A program made the translations under genes and the position numbers. From positions 19,470,001-19,534,000 of the forward strand of contig NC_087250.1 in the NCBI RefSeq assembly GCF_037042905.1: a stretch of DNA of 64,000 bases, in the 5' to 3' direction. This DNA is from Lytechinus pictus. Its lineage: Eukaryota. A model generated the notes under the pieces. That model made no database searches and was not told the origin of the DNA. It worked only from the letters and a program-made list of their open reading frames with translations. Below are positions 38,601 through 50,236 of this stretch, one piece after another. Each line of letters starts with the position of its first letter. Position 1 is the stretch's first letter.

Positions 38601-40144
38601 TTGTCCAAAGAAAAAATTGACAAGCAAAAAAATTGAAGGGTTCACACTGCATGAAATATTCCACTAACAAAAATATTTTTGTGCCTCTCAAACATTAATT
38701 CCAATTAGCAATGGTGACAGTACAGAACCTTGAGGTACACCTACCTTCACCTCAAACTCGTCTGGCAGCTCAGACACTGTACTTAGTCTTCTCTTGGTCA
38801 ATATCCTTAATTTGCTCTTGAGGCCCCCCTAACACAAATCTCTGGAATTTATTTTAGACTTCCACATTACTTTTCAGTTTCACCAACTCCAATATTTATA
38901 ACCCTAGATATATCTTTGTTTCTTTAACATAAGGTTCTGGGATCTGCAGATGCAAGTACTGTGGATCTCCCTATGCTATTCCTCTCATCTTAGCAAGGCA
39001 TCTCAAGTACAAACATGGTCATAATGGTGGTATTATGGTACCAGATTCATCCCATTCACGTTTTCTGCAGATCATCAGTGGAGAAATACAAAACCCTCTT
39101 GATAAACCCAAAGAGCCTTCACATGATGAAACAGGAAGTGCAATGAAGACTAAATATGTAATGTATCTTAGGAAATCGAGTGAAAAGCAAAATCAGAATT
39201 CTTACTTCTCCACACAATGTGAGAAGGTAATTAATCATCAAGTTGGGGATGCCGTAGCAGGTGAAAGAATTCATACAGGTGATCAGCGCTATGTTTGTTA
39301 TTATTGTGACAAAGCATTCTATGATGCAAGTGCTCTCAAAGCCCATGCACAAATCCATTATGAAGTGCATGTTTGTGATTATTGTGATAAGACTTTCCAT
39401 TTTGCTTCCGCTCTTAAAGCACATAGATGTAAAAGAATTCATACAGGTGAGAAACCCTTTCATACAGGTGAGAAACCCTATGTATGTGATCATTGTGGTA
39501 AGGCATTTATTCTACCAGGTCTTCTCCGCGCACATAAACGATACCATACTAGTGATAAGGCCTTTGTTTGTGATTATTGTAATAAGGCCTTCTATAGTTC
39601 CTCTTCTCTCAAAGTACATAAACGGATCCATACAGGTGAGAAGCCCTATGTATGTGATCAGTGTGGTAAGGCATTTAATGGGAAAGGTAATCTTGCAAAG
39701 CATAAACGAATCCATACAGGTGAGAAACCCTATGTATGTGATCGATGTGGTAGGGCATTTAATGAAGAAACTACTTTCAGTAGACATAAACAAGCTCATG
39801 CAAATGAGAAGCGCTTTGTATGTGTTCACTGCGGTAAGGCATTTAATCAAATGCTAAATCTAAGTATACATGAACGAATCCATACAGGAGAGAGAAATTA
39901 TCTCTGTGATCAATGTGGTAAGGCATTTTATAGAGCTGATCATCTCAAAGCACATAAAAGAATTCATGATTCTGACAAACCCTATGTATGTATTTATTGT
40001 GGTAAGTCATTTAATTATGCTTGTGGTCTAAAATCGCATAAACGAATCCATACCGGTGAAAAGCCCTATGAATGTGATTTTTGTGATGAGGCATTTCGTC
40101 GAAGTAGTTATCTCAAAAAACACATTACAAGTAAGCACAAGTGA
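29499..40144 (+). CDS. Ancestral-KRAB (PRDM9/SSX-type) C2H2 zinc-finger protein, spliced gene model (584 aa with one KRAB-B-like exon, 686 aa with all four)
   Basis: Exons 29499-29634, 30090-30191, 30601-30702, 31196-31297, 34122-34223, 37130-37435, 38934-40144. All introns are GT..AG and phase 1, and the frame stays open from ATG 29499 to TGA 40144. N-terminus DVQVYFTAKEWAKISVYERTCIKNVKENYEMMINLG-LQVNQPKFM resembles the PRDM9 KRAB motif; the C-terminus has TGEKP-linked C2H2 fingers. Confidence 0.85.
30090..30191 (+). CDS. KRAB-B-like exon copy 1 (GLQVNQPKFMQRVQVIKKEIKEESDGGEEEIESR)
   Basis: Acceptor tacacacag|, donor |gtttgt, 102 bp, phase 1-1. GLxxxxPxFM matches the second KRAB exon of PRDM9. 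Confidence 0.85.
30601..30702 (+). CDS. KRAB-B-like exon copy 2 (GLQVNQPKFMQCVQVIKEEIKEESDGGEEERKSR)
   Basis: Tandem duplicate with intact AG/GT sites and open frame; inclusion in mRNA is not demonstrable from DNA. Confidence 0.65.
31196..31297 (+). CDS. KRAB-B-like exon copy 3 (GLQVNQPKFMPRVQVIKKEIKEESDGGEEEIKSR)
   Basis: Tandem duplicate with intact AG/GT sites and open frame. Confidence 0.65.
31657..34088. mobile_element. Non-autonomous pogo/Tc1-mariner-like DNA transposon with nested MITEs
   Basis: TIR ggggagaccggggttagttggaac / gttccaactaaccccgggctcccc; TA target (TA left, TG right); empty site ccagtaccttgtttatttgatc at about 29956 in the paralogous repeat unit; internal ggggtaagttggaaca repeats. 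Confidence 0.88.
32263..33035. mobile_element. piggyBac-like MITE
   Basis: TTAA|ctctaaacaggcc ... ggcctagtaaggg|TTAA with ggggttgaatcaacccc palindromes at both ends; followed by a second related end at 33040-33528. Confidence 0.8.
34122..34223 (+). CDS. KRAB-B-like exon copy 4 (GLQVNQPKFMQHVQVIKKEIKEESDGGEEERKSR)
   Basis: Tandem duplicate displaced by a 2.4-kb transposon insertion just upstream; acceptor ctcacag| and donor |gtttgt intact. Confidence 0.65.
34360..35050. mobile_element. Truncated Tc1/mariner-like foldback MITE
   Basis: TA|cagtgcgtccca left end; about 34490-34660 is inverted at about 34875-35047; right TIR not found. Confidence 0.55.
35245..36783. mobile_element. Kolobok-like MITE hosting a Helentron-like insertion
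   Basis: TTAA|aggtcaagtccac...gtggacttgtcct|TTAA; uninterrupted relative at about 47925-48502. Confidence 0.85.
35451..36400 (+). mobile_element. Non-autonomous Helentron-like (HINE/DINE-1/Tsp-type) element with central tandem repeats
   Basis: Subterminal IR gtctcacctgc / gcaggtgagac, (GGC)n microsatellite, ~163-193-bp tandem units (ggtcaaaggtcatttagggtcaatgaac); inserted in a T-run with no TSD (empty site at about 48133). Confidence 0.8.
37130..37435 (+). CDS. Low-complexity Q/S/G/D linker exon of the KRAB-ZNF gene
   Basis: Within ORF 36967-37455; acceptor aaatag|, donor tcag|gtaaag; 306 bp, phase 1-1 (GLDVRSSELLQPQQ...GGNLSG). Confidence 0.8.
37546..38306. mobile_element. Tigger/pogo-like MITE
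   Basis: TA|caattcgacctcgtcttatccgg ... ccggataagagaggtctgactg|TA. Confidence 0.65.
38934..40144 (+). CDS. Terminal exon: one isolated C2H2 finger, spacer, then 10 tandem C2H2 fingers
   Basis: Pyrimidine tract plus acceptor cataag| at 38933 extends ORF 39035-40144 upstream in frame (GSGICRCKYCGSPYAIPLILARHLKYKH). Ten CxxC-x12-HxxxH units with HTGEKPY-type linkers (finger 2 has a 2-residue insertion; finger 10 is HxxxxH). Confidence 0.93.
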
Positions 40145-40310
40145 GAAGCCCATTGCATGTGAGTAGTGCGGTGAAGCTTTTGTTTCTTGAAAGCAATCTC
40201 AGAAGACGTATGCAATTTCATAAAGTTGAGAAGCCCTAACAGTAACAATATGGCAGGGCATTTTGTCATCAGTAAAAACATGAACAAATCCATTCAGTGG
40301 AGAAACCCAA
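40145..40310 (+). pseudogene. Decayed zinc-finger repeats downstream of the stop codon
   Basis: gagaagccc/gagaaaccc (EKP) linkers at about 40143, 40228 and 40300, with interrupted IACE*CGEAF and YGRAF...HEQIH remnants in shifted frames. Confidence 0.7.
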
Positions 40311-40419
40311 TGGTTCGAATTCACAAAGGTAGTTTTGAAAACCATAGGTTAATGGTTTATGCAGATTTCCTGTATAAATTACACATTTACTTGCAAAACA
40401 CAAATTTTCAATGCTGATG

Positions 40420-40855
40420 CAGGGTCCTACAGAATATTTTAGAAGCACTTGCCCAGTCGGGCAAGTAAATTTTTAAATAGTTGGAATATACTTGCCCAAA
40501 AATCTATTACAGTTTCCTGGAAAAATCATTGAAAAGAAAAGGTCTTACCACTTCAAAAGAAAATTTTGCAGTTTTATAAACCATTGACCTTTTTCTCTCT
40601 TTGGACATGAACTGATCTATTTTGTTATTGCATTTCTTTATCTAAGGTGATTTTATTTTGCCTGCCATGACCAAAATTAAGGTCAATATTTCATATCAAC
40701 CCTAATTTGGTCATTCTACTCTCATTCTACATTCTACTAATAGAATTTTGCTTGCCCAATTCGGACAATTATTTTGGTCTGTACTTCAAAACACTTGCCG
40801 GACTTTAACTTTTACTTGCCCTGGGCAATTGGGCAAGTGCTTTTGTAGCACCCTG
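40420..40855. mobile_element. MITE with CAGGG termini and 7-bp TSD (P-element/hAT-like) downstream of the ZNF stop codon
   Basis: gctgatg|cagggtcctaca...tgtagcaccctg|gctgatg; internal acttgccc/gggcaagt palindromes. Confidence 0.85.
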
Positions 40856-41211
40856 GCTGATGTGTGCTTTTCAGTGCACCAAATTTACGCCTGTTGGCAT
40901 GGTTGAGTACGCTTGACTCCACTGATTTAACAACAGACTCATTGATTCATAACAGTTGACTCCTGAATAAAGTAGTGTATGTATGTCATCAATGTCAGAA
41001 ATTAGATGCTCATCTTTCCTCACAAAACATATTCACAGACGTTTCTGATGAATACAGTTTGAACATTTTTTAATTTACACGACATCAGATAGAAGTGCAT
41101 CCTGTGGAATAGTTTTTTGTGAATCAGAAAAAAGAAAAAAGCTCTTGCATGCTTTGTGGTTGAGAAGCAATATGCATGTGATCAGCATTGGGAGACAGAC
41201 CAATTTGTAAA

Positions 41212-41485
41212 CCGGTGTGTTGGCTCAGTTGGTAGAGCGTCCGTTTCAAAACCGGGAGGTCGGGGGTTCAAACCCCAGCCGCGTCAGACCAAAAGATGTT
41301 AAAACATGGGAGTTGCTGCTACCCTGTTTGCATTCAACAATTAAAGGGATAGAGCCTCGTCGATCTGGCGCTGTACAGGGGCTGCCGGGCCCACGATCAA
41401 TTGGGCAAAGCAAATTTTCAGAGTATTTCATTTCATGTCAATCTCGAATAATAAATTATGGATTTCTCATTTTCATCATTTTTCA
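41212..41485 (+). mobile_element. tRNA-derived SINE (Meta-domain-like body)
   Basis: tggctcagttggtagagc (A box), ggttcaaaccc (B box), then gtcagaccaaaagatgttaaaacatgggagttgctgctaccctg and a cattt-repeat tail. Confidence 0.8.
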
Positions 41486-44208
41486 GATGTTAGAATAATT
41501 GTTTGTTTTAAATTCGTATTTAAAAAAAAGTTTGTAAAAAAATCATGTAAAAATTAAAAAAAATAGAAAAACAATTATACAAATGCTGTTAAAATAACTA
41601 AAAAATAAAATGCAATGAAAGAAAATATGTCAGTGGCAACACGAAAATCATAAACAACATTCTTAGTATGAAAAATGATTAATATAATTAAATATGATTT
41701 TTGGTTATCGGATGGAAAATCTATAAAAGACAACATTATTATTTTTTTTATCACCATTGGAAAGAATCTTAACACCAGGTCAAGAAAGTGATTCTTATTT
41801 ACGTCATTTAGGGAAACCAATTACAGGATCTGTTTCTTTCCCCTCATTTCTGCCAAAATACTGTTTTGTCATCTAAAAATGGAAAATCCCCATGATATGA
41901 CTGTATTGATAATAGTAGGCCTATATTAAAACAGTGATTAATGTATTATGTAAACCTTCATGCAATACATATAATTTTTGTTTTTAGATGCCTCATGAAC
42001 TTTAATAGTGCAAATTACTTAGAATTTTTAAATCTTGGATGATATCCTATATCTCTTAAGAAATTATCTAAATTCAATTTAATCACACATTTGCTTTTTC
42101 TATTTTTTTTCTATTTTATTTGTACATATCTTTTATGTCACTGTATTTTCTCCCACTTTAATTTGCTAAAATTAGGGTCAATCTTTTAAGTTTCTAATTT
42201 ACTTCTTTTGACCCTCCACATTTTTATAATGTATTTTGTATTATCTATGGTTATGCTCTGTGTATACGTTATATTTGCTATGAATTGATGTGCTTATAGT
42301 GTAAATGTTTCTTTTTTCAAACATTTTTATAGGAATGTGAAAAATAAACTGAACTTTAATTTTGTGATAAGACATATCTCACATTCAATAATATATCAAT
42401 ACGTAATTGATGTCAGTTTGCAGAGTTTATCCTACCTTCATCTTGAGAGTTAAGTCATCAATATAGTTACTCCTGCGCTTTTGTTATCTGTCATCAAGTT
42501 ATCATCATCTTCAATAAATATATATAATATGAACTTGACATGTGTTGCTTTGTATTTATTGAAGTTGGTTGAAAGTTAAAGTGCAATCGATCCAGCAGCA
42601 TCAATTCAACTCTTTAAATTTTTCTGTATGATTTCTATGTTTGCGTTTTTACCTCTCCCATTCCAAAAAATTGTCGACACTACACTACACTACTTGAGAT
42701 TTAATCCTTATAATCCTTATAAAACATTTTTTTGCGATAAATCACATTTTTTAACACATCAGTCAATGACTTTACTTTCAAGTCTCATGCAACATTTGAG
42801 ATCAAAATCGCTAGCCCTAGCAGTTCTGAAATTAAGCAAGGTACATTTTGTAAGTGAACGCAGACCCAAAATTGCTCAAAAACATGAATTTGTGTACACA
42901 TCCGATACAAATTAGCAAAAATGTATAAATATATCATTATTTTTTGTTTCACTCATTAAAATCAATTAATTTAATCTTGTGTGTAGTCAAAATGAAGTCC
43001 CCGACAATTTCCATTGAAAAAACAAGAATTAAAAACAGAAATACACAAGAAAAAAACAATAAGAATACACAAGTTTTCATCAGGTTCCTATAAAGAGTCT
43101 CTGAACCAAAAATTTGCATTTAAGGGCATTATTTAGTTAGATAGAGCATACTAATGATTTTACGCATAAATAAATAAGCAGTTTTGATTAATTGGATTTT
43201 TGAAGAGTTTGATCTTATTCTATAATATTAGGCTAGGGACTACTAGTTTTGTAGATTATGCCATGGCATGGGTAACGTACGTGCCAATTTTTGTCGCGTT
43301 TGCATGATCGATAGCCGAGATCATACTCAGCCCCCCCCCCCCCATTCAGTCTCCTAATTAGGCTAAAGATATTTGTTCGACCCAATTAACCCATTCAAAT
43401 TTTATATTGTTGATTGACATAAGTATATGAATATAATCGAAAATCTAACACTGATTCTAGAAATGGTAACTACTGAACTTCATTTCCCCAAATTGGGAAG
43501 ATATATCAATGAATTTGGAACTATTTTTTGACTGGCGGAAGAATTAGGGCCGTTTTACTGTTTCAGCTCTTAAATTTGATTCTATCATAGTTATCTTCAT
43601 AAATGGCGATTTATTATTAAAATGAGCTGGCTACGATACTCTTCTCTGGTCAGATATGGAATGTCAGATATATATCCTATCCAACAGTAGTAGGCATTCG
43701 ACCCTCTAATTTCACGTTTATTTTTTTATTTTTCAGAAGTGCCATTTTAACACACAAGTCTATGGATATGGGGAATGTTTTACGCGCGTGACACCTTATG
43801 ATAATTTTTTTCTTGGACAAATTGCTTTCCATACATTTCATGTTACCGTATGCTCGATCGATATATTCAACTCAGCCTTTTTGACAGTCTAATACTACTT
43901 TACAGTTATGAGATTTGGGGCTTCTGAAAAGCTTCATTTGAAATTCTGTAAGATAGCTCCTCGAGCTGTACTTATCAACCGACCCCTGCACTTACATGGT
44001 CTATGAACTTGGGCGCTTCGATCCCATAAAAAATCACATTAAGTGCAGAATGGTTAATTTCTGCCTAAACTCATACAAAAACGGTGAGAATAATATTGCT
44101 CTTTATCTTGTATATTATGGTCTCATTTTGCGGATGGAAAGCACTCAAGGCTACTGTGAGAGGAATTATTATAGATTTTGGTTTTGATGGTATGGTCATC
44201 ATGTGACC

Positions 44209-45027
44209 CAGTGGCGTAGACAGGTTCGTACACGTGGGGGGGATGACTGGGCTGCCAACGCTAGTGAGGGCGCGAAGTGCCCGAGCGAGGGAGCGAAGCG
44301 ACCGAGCGGGGGGAGGGTGTGGGAGGGGGGTGTGCCCCCTCCCACGGTAGGGAGCTTTTGCAATTTTGAACTTGAAATCGTGCAATCTGATGCATACTTA
44401 ATGAGGTAAAATAACACACACAAGCGCGCACGCACACACACACATACTCACACACACACACACACACACACGGGTGCGCGCATCACACACATACTACGCC
44501 TTGAATGGACAGACATGCATCGACAAGATCTACACACCGTGGCATACGAATACAGAATGGACTGACACATATTATTGCATATTGAACCACACTACGTATT
44601 TATTTATCTCTGTGAATTTTGCTGTTACACCTCTTCAGAAAAAAAAAAATGTCAACTGTGTACACGCAGGTATAGTCTTTGTTGTCTTGATATGGGTATG
44701 TGGTTATGAATGAAAACAGCCTCTGTGGCCATTTTTTAATAGAACACATAAACAACAAACAAATAACAATATGTCTGTTCATTATAAAGCATCATGAATA
44801 CGTACATACTATGCTTTTTTTTACCTCAAAGAAACAGGCATAGTATCCATAGATGGATATTGGCTGGCGGCTCATTAACATACAGATACAAAAAACATAA
44901 ACAGTATCACTATGATCCATGGAGTAACAATACTGCTTTGTAAGTTTGTGAAGAAATCGGAACCATTACGGCATTGCATCGTTTCAAATTAGGGCATTAT
45001 TTACTTCTATTTGATCTCAGTCTTATA

Positions 45028-45067
<40 letters not shown>

Positions 45068-47889
45068 AAATAAAAAATAATACTAATACAAATAATAATG
45101 CTAATACTAATAGGTTCCTTTTATCTCGCATTTCAAGACAGGGTAAATTCACACTGCGCTTGACATGAAACAAACTTCTTTAAACATTTCAAACTTATGT
45201 CTTCATGCATCAATCAACATACTTTAAATGAATACAAAACAAAGTGCATTTTAAATAAAACAAAACTAAATAAATAGTTAACAATACAGAAAAGATGTAG
45301 CTGCTGCAAGCTTAACAACAAACTAATGTATACCAGTCAGTCCTGATATCAGTATTAGTGTAACAATAGTCATATAGTGGGAGCATGAAGTTGAACAATT
45401 CATGATTATACATAATTATATATGTTTGTTTGAATAATACTTGTTATAAAGATAGTAGTATGGTACTCTCTGTCACGAATTATTATGTATACTGTTGTAT
45501 CACATTCATTTTCTATTCTGTTTTAGATTGCGCTGATGCATTTTGCACACAATGTATAATGCCTATAACACGAGTGGGCCAGACCACACATGTATTTCAA
45601 TAAAAACCGACTTGAGAAAATAACGTGTATATAAATATATAAATAAATAAATAAATAAATGCATATAATGTATATATATATGTATAAATATCATATACCT
45701 GTAATATAATCTGATATAAACTAATAACCCAGGACCAAAATCCAGTTAAAACCAATTAGGGCAAAACCAATTGAAACCAGTTGGCCAACTGGTTTCAATA
45801 GGGAAATTGGAACAACTGGTTCCAATTGAAAACCAGTTGCCAATTGGTTCCAGTTAAAAACCAATTGAAAACCAGTTGCCAATTGGTTCCAGTTAAAACC
45901 AATTGGGCAACTGGAACCAGTTGGCAATTGTTGTCAATTGGTTCCAGTTGTTCCAATTTCCCTATTAAAACCAATTGAATCCAATTGGAGGCAACTGGTT
46001 TCAATTGGTTCCAGTTGAAACCAATTGGAGGCAACTGGTTTCAACTGGAACCAGTTGAAACCAATTGGTTTCCAACTGGATCCAATTGGAACTTCCAGTT
46101 GGAACGAACTTAATTAGTTACAAATTAATTAGCATTTGCAGTAACTATTTCTCATGCCAACACAGAAGCAGCGTTATGTCTATTAATACCAATGTAAAGG
46201 GCATTGATAAAATACAGACTTTCATGTATATATATTTATATGGAAGATCTTCAAATATATGTACTTTTATTTGATGTAATTTGGTAACAGTTAGTGGTGT
46301 ACTAATTATCCTTTAATCTGTTTTAATTATAATCTATAACATTTATGAACATGGTTTTCACTGCTAAGTATTCTAAATACTAATCTTTAAAAAGTGTGGT
46401 ACTTGAAATTGTAAAGAATTAAATAGATACATTGTTAATGATGATTAATCTCATAAAACATTAATCTGTGCACACTGGCAAATAATATGCAAATTAACTG
46501 GTTTCAATTGGATCCAGTTGGGTAACTGGAAAATTTCCAATTGGAAACCAATTGGAAATAATTTCCAGTTACCCAACTGGTTCCAATTAGAATTCATTTC
46601 CAGTTACCCATCTTTCCAGTTAGAAGTCATCTCAGTTACCCAATTGGTACCAGTTAGGATTTCCAGTTACACAACTGAATGGTTCAAGTTAGGATTTCCA
46701 GTTACCAACTGGTTCCAGTTAGAAATCATTTCCAGTTGGAAGTCATTTCCAGTTACCCAACTGGTTCCAGTTAGGATTTCCAGTTGCCCAACTGGTTCCA
46801 GTTAGAAATCATTTCCAATTGGAAGTCATTTCCAGTTACCCAAATGGTTTCAGTTAGGATTTCCAGTTGCCCAACTGGTTCCAGTTGGGATTTCCAGTTA
46901 CTCAACTGGTTCCAGTAAGAAATCATTTCCAATTGGAAGTCATTTCCAGTTACCCAACTGGTTCCAGTTAGGATTTCCAGTTGCCCAACTGGTTCCAGTT
47001 GGGATTTCCAGTTACTCAACTGGTTCCAGTTAGAAATCATTTCCAGTTGGAAGTCATTTCCAGTTACCCAACTGGTTCCAGTTAGGATTTCCAGTTGCCC
47101 AACTGGTTCCAGTTAGAAATCATTTCCAATTGGAAGTCATTTCCAGTTACCCAACTGGTTCCAGTTAGGATTTCCAGTTGCCCAACTGGTTCCAGTTGGG
47201 ATTTCCAGTTACTCAACTGGTTCCAGTAAGAAATCATTTCCAATTGGAAGTCATTTCCAGTAACCCAACTGGTTCCAGTTAGGATTTCCAGTTGCCCAAC
47301 TGGTTCCAGTTGGGATTTCCAGTTACTCAACTGGTTCCAGTTAGAAATCATTCCCAATTGGAAGTCATTTCCAGTTACCCAACTGGTTCCAGTTAGGATT
47401 TCCAGTTGCCCAACTGGTTTCAATTGGTTTCAACTGGAAATTGTTAAATTCCAGTTAAAACCAATTGAAACCAGTTGAAACCAATTGAAACCAATTGAAA
47501 CCAGTTGGAAATCCAACTGGTTTCAATTGGATTTTGGTCCTGGGAAATAAATAAATAAATATAATACATATCATATATGAGAAGGTATTGCTAGTACTCG
47601 GTTCGTGCCTGAAAAGTAGTCTCGATGAAAAGAAAAAAGTGAATGCGGCTAATAACAATAAACACAATTACAATAATGATGAGGATTATTATTATCATCA
47701 TCATAATTATTATTAATATTATAATTGTTATCATTATTATTATTACTATTATTATCATCATTATGACTTATTAAGTAACCAAATATAATTCCCCAAAACC
47801 TGGGGGGGATGATTGTACATGCCATCCCCCCCACCTTGTGAGGTGGGGGGGATGCATCCCCCTCATCCCCCCCGTTGTCTACGCCCCTG
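44209..47889. mobile_element. hAT-like non-autonomous element, copy 1 (with nested insertion)
   Basis: TIR cagtggcgtagaca / tgtctacgcccctg; 8-bp TSD atgtgacc (44201-44208, 47890-47897). Confidence 0.93.
45728..47544. mobile_element. EnSpm/CACTA(CMC)-like non-autonomous element, 1817 bp, made largely of ccagtt/aactgg satellite
   Basis: TIR cccaggaccaaaatcca / tggattttggtcctggg; 2-bp TSD (AA) deduced from the empty site at about 50896; related end at 22600-22858. Confidence 0.88.
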
Positions 47890-47924
47890 ATGTGACCCTT
47901 TCTGGCTGAAAGCTAGTGTTATAA

Positions 47925-48502
47925 AGGTCAAGTCCACCCCGTAAAATATTGATTTGAATAAAATAAAATCAAATTAGCATAATACTGAAAATGTCATCAA
48001 AATCGGAGGTAAAATCAGAAAGTTATGGCATTTTAAAGTTTCACTTATTTTTCACAGAACAGTGATATGCGCAACTCTGTGACATGCAAATGAGTCAGTC
48101 GATGATGTCCATCACTCACTATTTCTTTTGGGTTTTTTATTGTTTGAATTATACAATATTTCATTTTTTACAGATTTGACCAAAGGGACCGACTTGACTG
48201 AATCATATAGTATTAAACAATGCTAAATGAACATGTTCAGGGACGAATTAATCGCTATTTCACTTGACATTGAGGAGAAAATTATAATATTTCATATTTC
48301 ATATAATAAAATACAAAAGAAATAATGAGTGGATGACGTCATCAGTCTTCTCATTTGCATACCAACCAGGATGTGCATATAACTGTTTTGTGAATTTAAG
48401 TGAAACTTTACTATTTTACACCCGATTTTGATAACATTTTCAGCCTAGATTGTTGGATTTTTATCTTTTTATTCAAATCAATTTTTTGTTGGGGTGGACT
48501 TG
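47925..48502. mobile_element. Kolobok-like MITE (same family as 35245-36783)
   Basis: aggtcaagtccacccc ... ggggtggacttg with collinear body. Confidence 0.8.
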
Positions 48503-48636
48503 AAGATAAGATGACCAGTTTATTGAAAGTTGTTACATCCAGTGCTTATAATTTGTGTCAATTATAGAATCTACAAAAAAGGGTTCATTTTCGAAAAAAA
48601 ATATTTGTTAATCCTGCCAGGAAATGAATGCCATTA

Positions 48637-48874
48637 CACTGCAAAATCTCCGGTGTTGATTTAACACCAGCTCGGAATCTATATGTCCACACCAGAGAAA
48701 TATTAGAAACAATACCAGTTTGGAATCAAACCGATATGCTGTTTTGATAATTGGTACTGTTACACCTATCTGGTGTTTGACCAAAACGAAACTGGTGTTG
48801 TTTAACACTTCTCTGGTGTGGACATAATATAGATTCCGGGCTGGTGTTAAATCAACACCAGAGTTTTTGCAGTG
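48637..48874. mobile_element. EnSpm-like MITE, 238 bp
   Basis: TA|cactgcaaaa..ggtgttgatttaacaccagc ... gctggtgttaaatcaacacc..ttttgcagtg|TA; long imperfect palindrome. Confidence 0.85.
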
Positions 48875-49377
48875 TAACTTGAGTAGATTTAGACTAGGTA
48901 TAATACTCATCTTCCAGTAGTAGTAGGAAGATTCAATAGCACATGCTATGATGAATTCCATGCTGTCTTTGAATGCAGCTTCGTAAAGAATATAGGTCCA
49001 ACTTATATTGCCAAGATAATATTGTAACAAACCAAATACTTTCAGAATGGAAAAGCTAGCTGTTTACTGTAACTATTAGAAAACTTTTAATCAGGTTCGC
49101 TAAGTTTGCTTATACTATATTATGGTGGAATTTAAGTCCTCTAATTTAAACCATCGATAACTCCCCCTCCCCGCCCCCCATATGCTCCTTAAAGGTATAA
49201 TTTTTTTTTTTAAGAACACGATTAACATAGTTACATAAAGGAAACAACTCCTTGTAATTAGGATTTTAAACATTCACATTCAGTTTTTATATTCTGTACC
49301 CGTTTAGGAAAAAATGCTTTTATCTCAGTAAATGGCATTCCCCATCTTTGCCAGCTGATACATTTATAAATCACTGC

Positions 49378-50196
49378 CAGTGGCGTAGACAGGTTCGTAC
49401 ACGTGGGGGGGATGACTGGGCTGCCAACGCTAGTGAGGGCGCGAAGTGCCCGAGCGAGGGAGCGAAGCGACCGAGCGGGGGGAGGGTGTGGGAGGGGGGT
49501 GTGCCCCCTCCCACGGTAGGGAGCTTTTGCAATTTTGAACTTGAAATCGTGCAATCTGATGCATACTTAATGAGGTAAAATAACACACACAAGCGCGCAC
49601 GCACACACACACATACTCACACACACACACACACACACACGGGTGCGCGCATCACACACATACTACGCCTTGAATGGACAGACATGCATCGACAAGATCT
49701 ACACACCGTGGCATACGAATACAGAATGGACTGACACATATTATTGCATATTGAACCACACTACGTATTTATTTATCTCTGTGAATTTTGCTGTTACACC
49801 TCTTCAGAAAAAAAAAAATGTCAACTGTGTACACGCAGGTATAGTCTTTGTTGTCTTGATATGGGTATGTGGTTATGAATGAAAACAGCCTCTGTGGCCA
49901 TTTTTTAATAGAACACATAAACAACAAACAAATAACAATATGTCTGTTCATTATAAAGCATCATGAATACGTACATACTATGCTTTTTTTTACCTCAAAG
50001 AAACAGGCATAGTATCCATAGATGGATATTGGCTGGCGGCTCATTAACATACAGATACAAAAAACATAAACAGTATCACTATGATCCATGGAGTAACAAT
50101 ACTGCTTTGTAAGTTTGTGAAGAAATCGGAACCATTACGGCATTGCATCGTTTCAAATTAGGGCATTATTTACTTCTATTTGATCTCAGTCTTATA

Positions 50197-50236
<40 letters not shown>

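Noticed and set aside
39119..39857. Overlapping alternative-frame and antisense ORFs
   Set aside because: Typical shadows of a C2H2 array.
29499..40144. Calling the gene PRDM9
   Set aside because: No PR/SET, SSXRD or zinc knuckle found, and the fingers are not homogenised; symbol left blank.
41212..41285. tRNA gene
   Set aside because: A/B boxes are present but the acceptor stem is poor and it runs into a SINE body and tail; the same applies to 23311, 56858(-) and 60203(-).
45721..47423. NW/QL-rich repeat ORFs
   Set aside because: Translation of the ccagtt/aactgg satellite inside a MITE.
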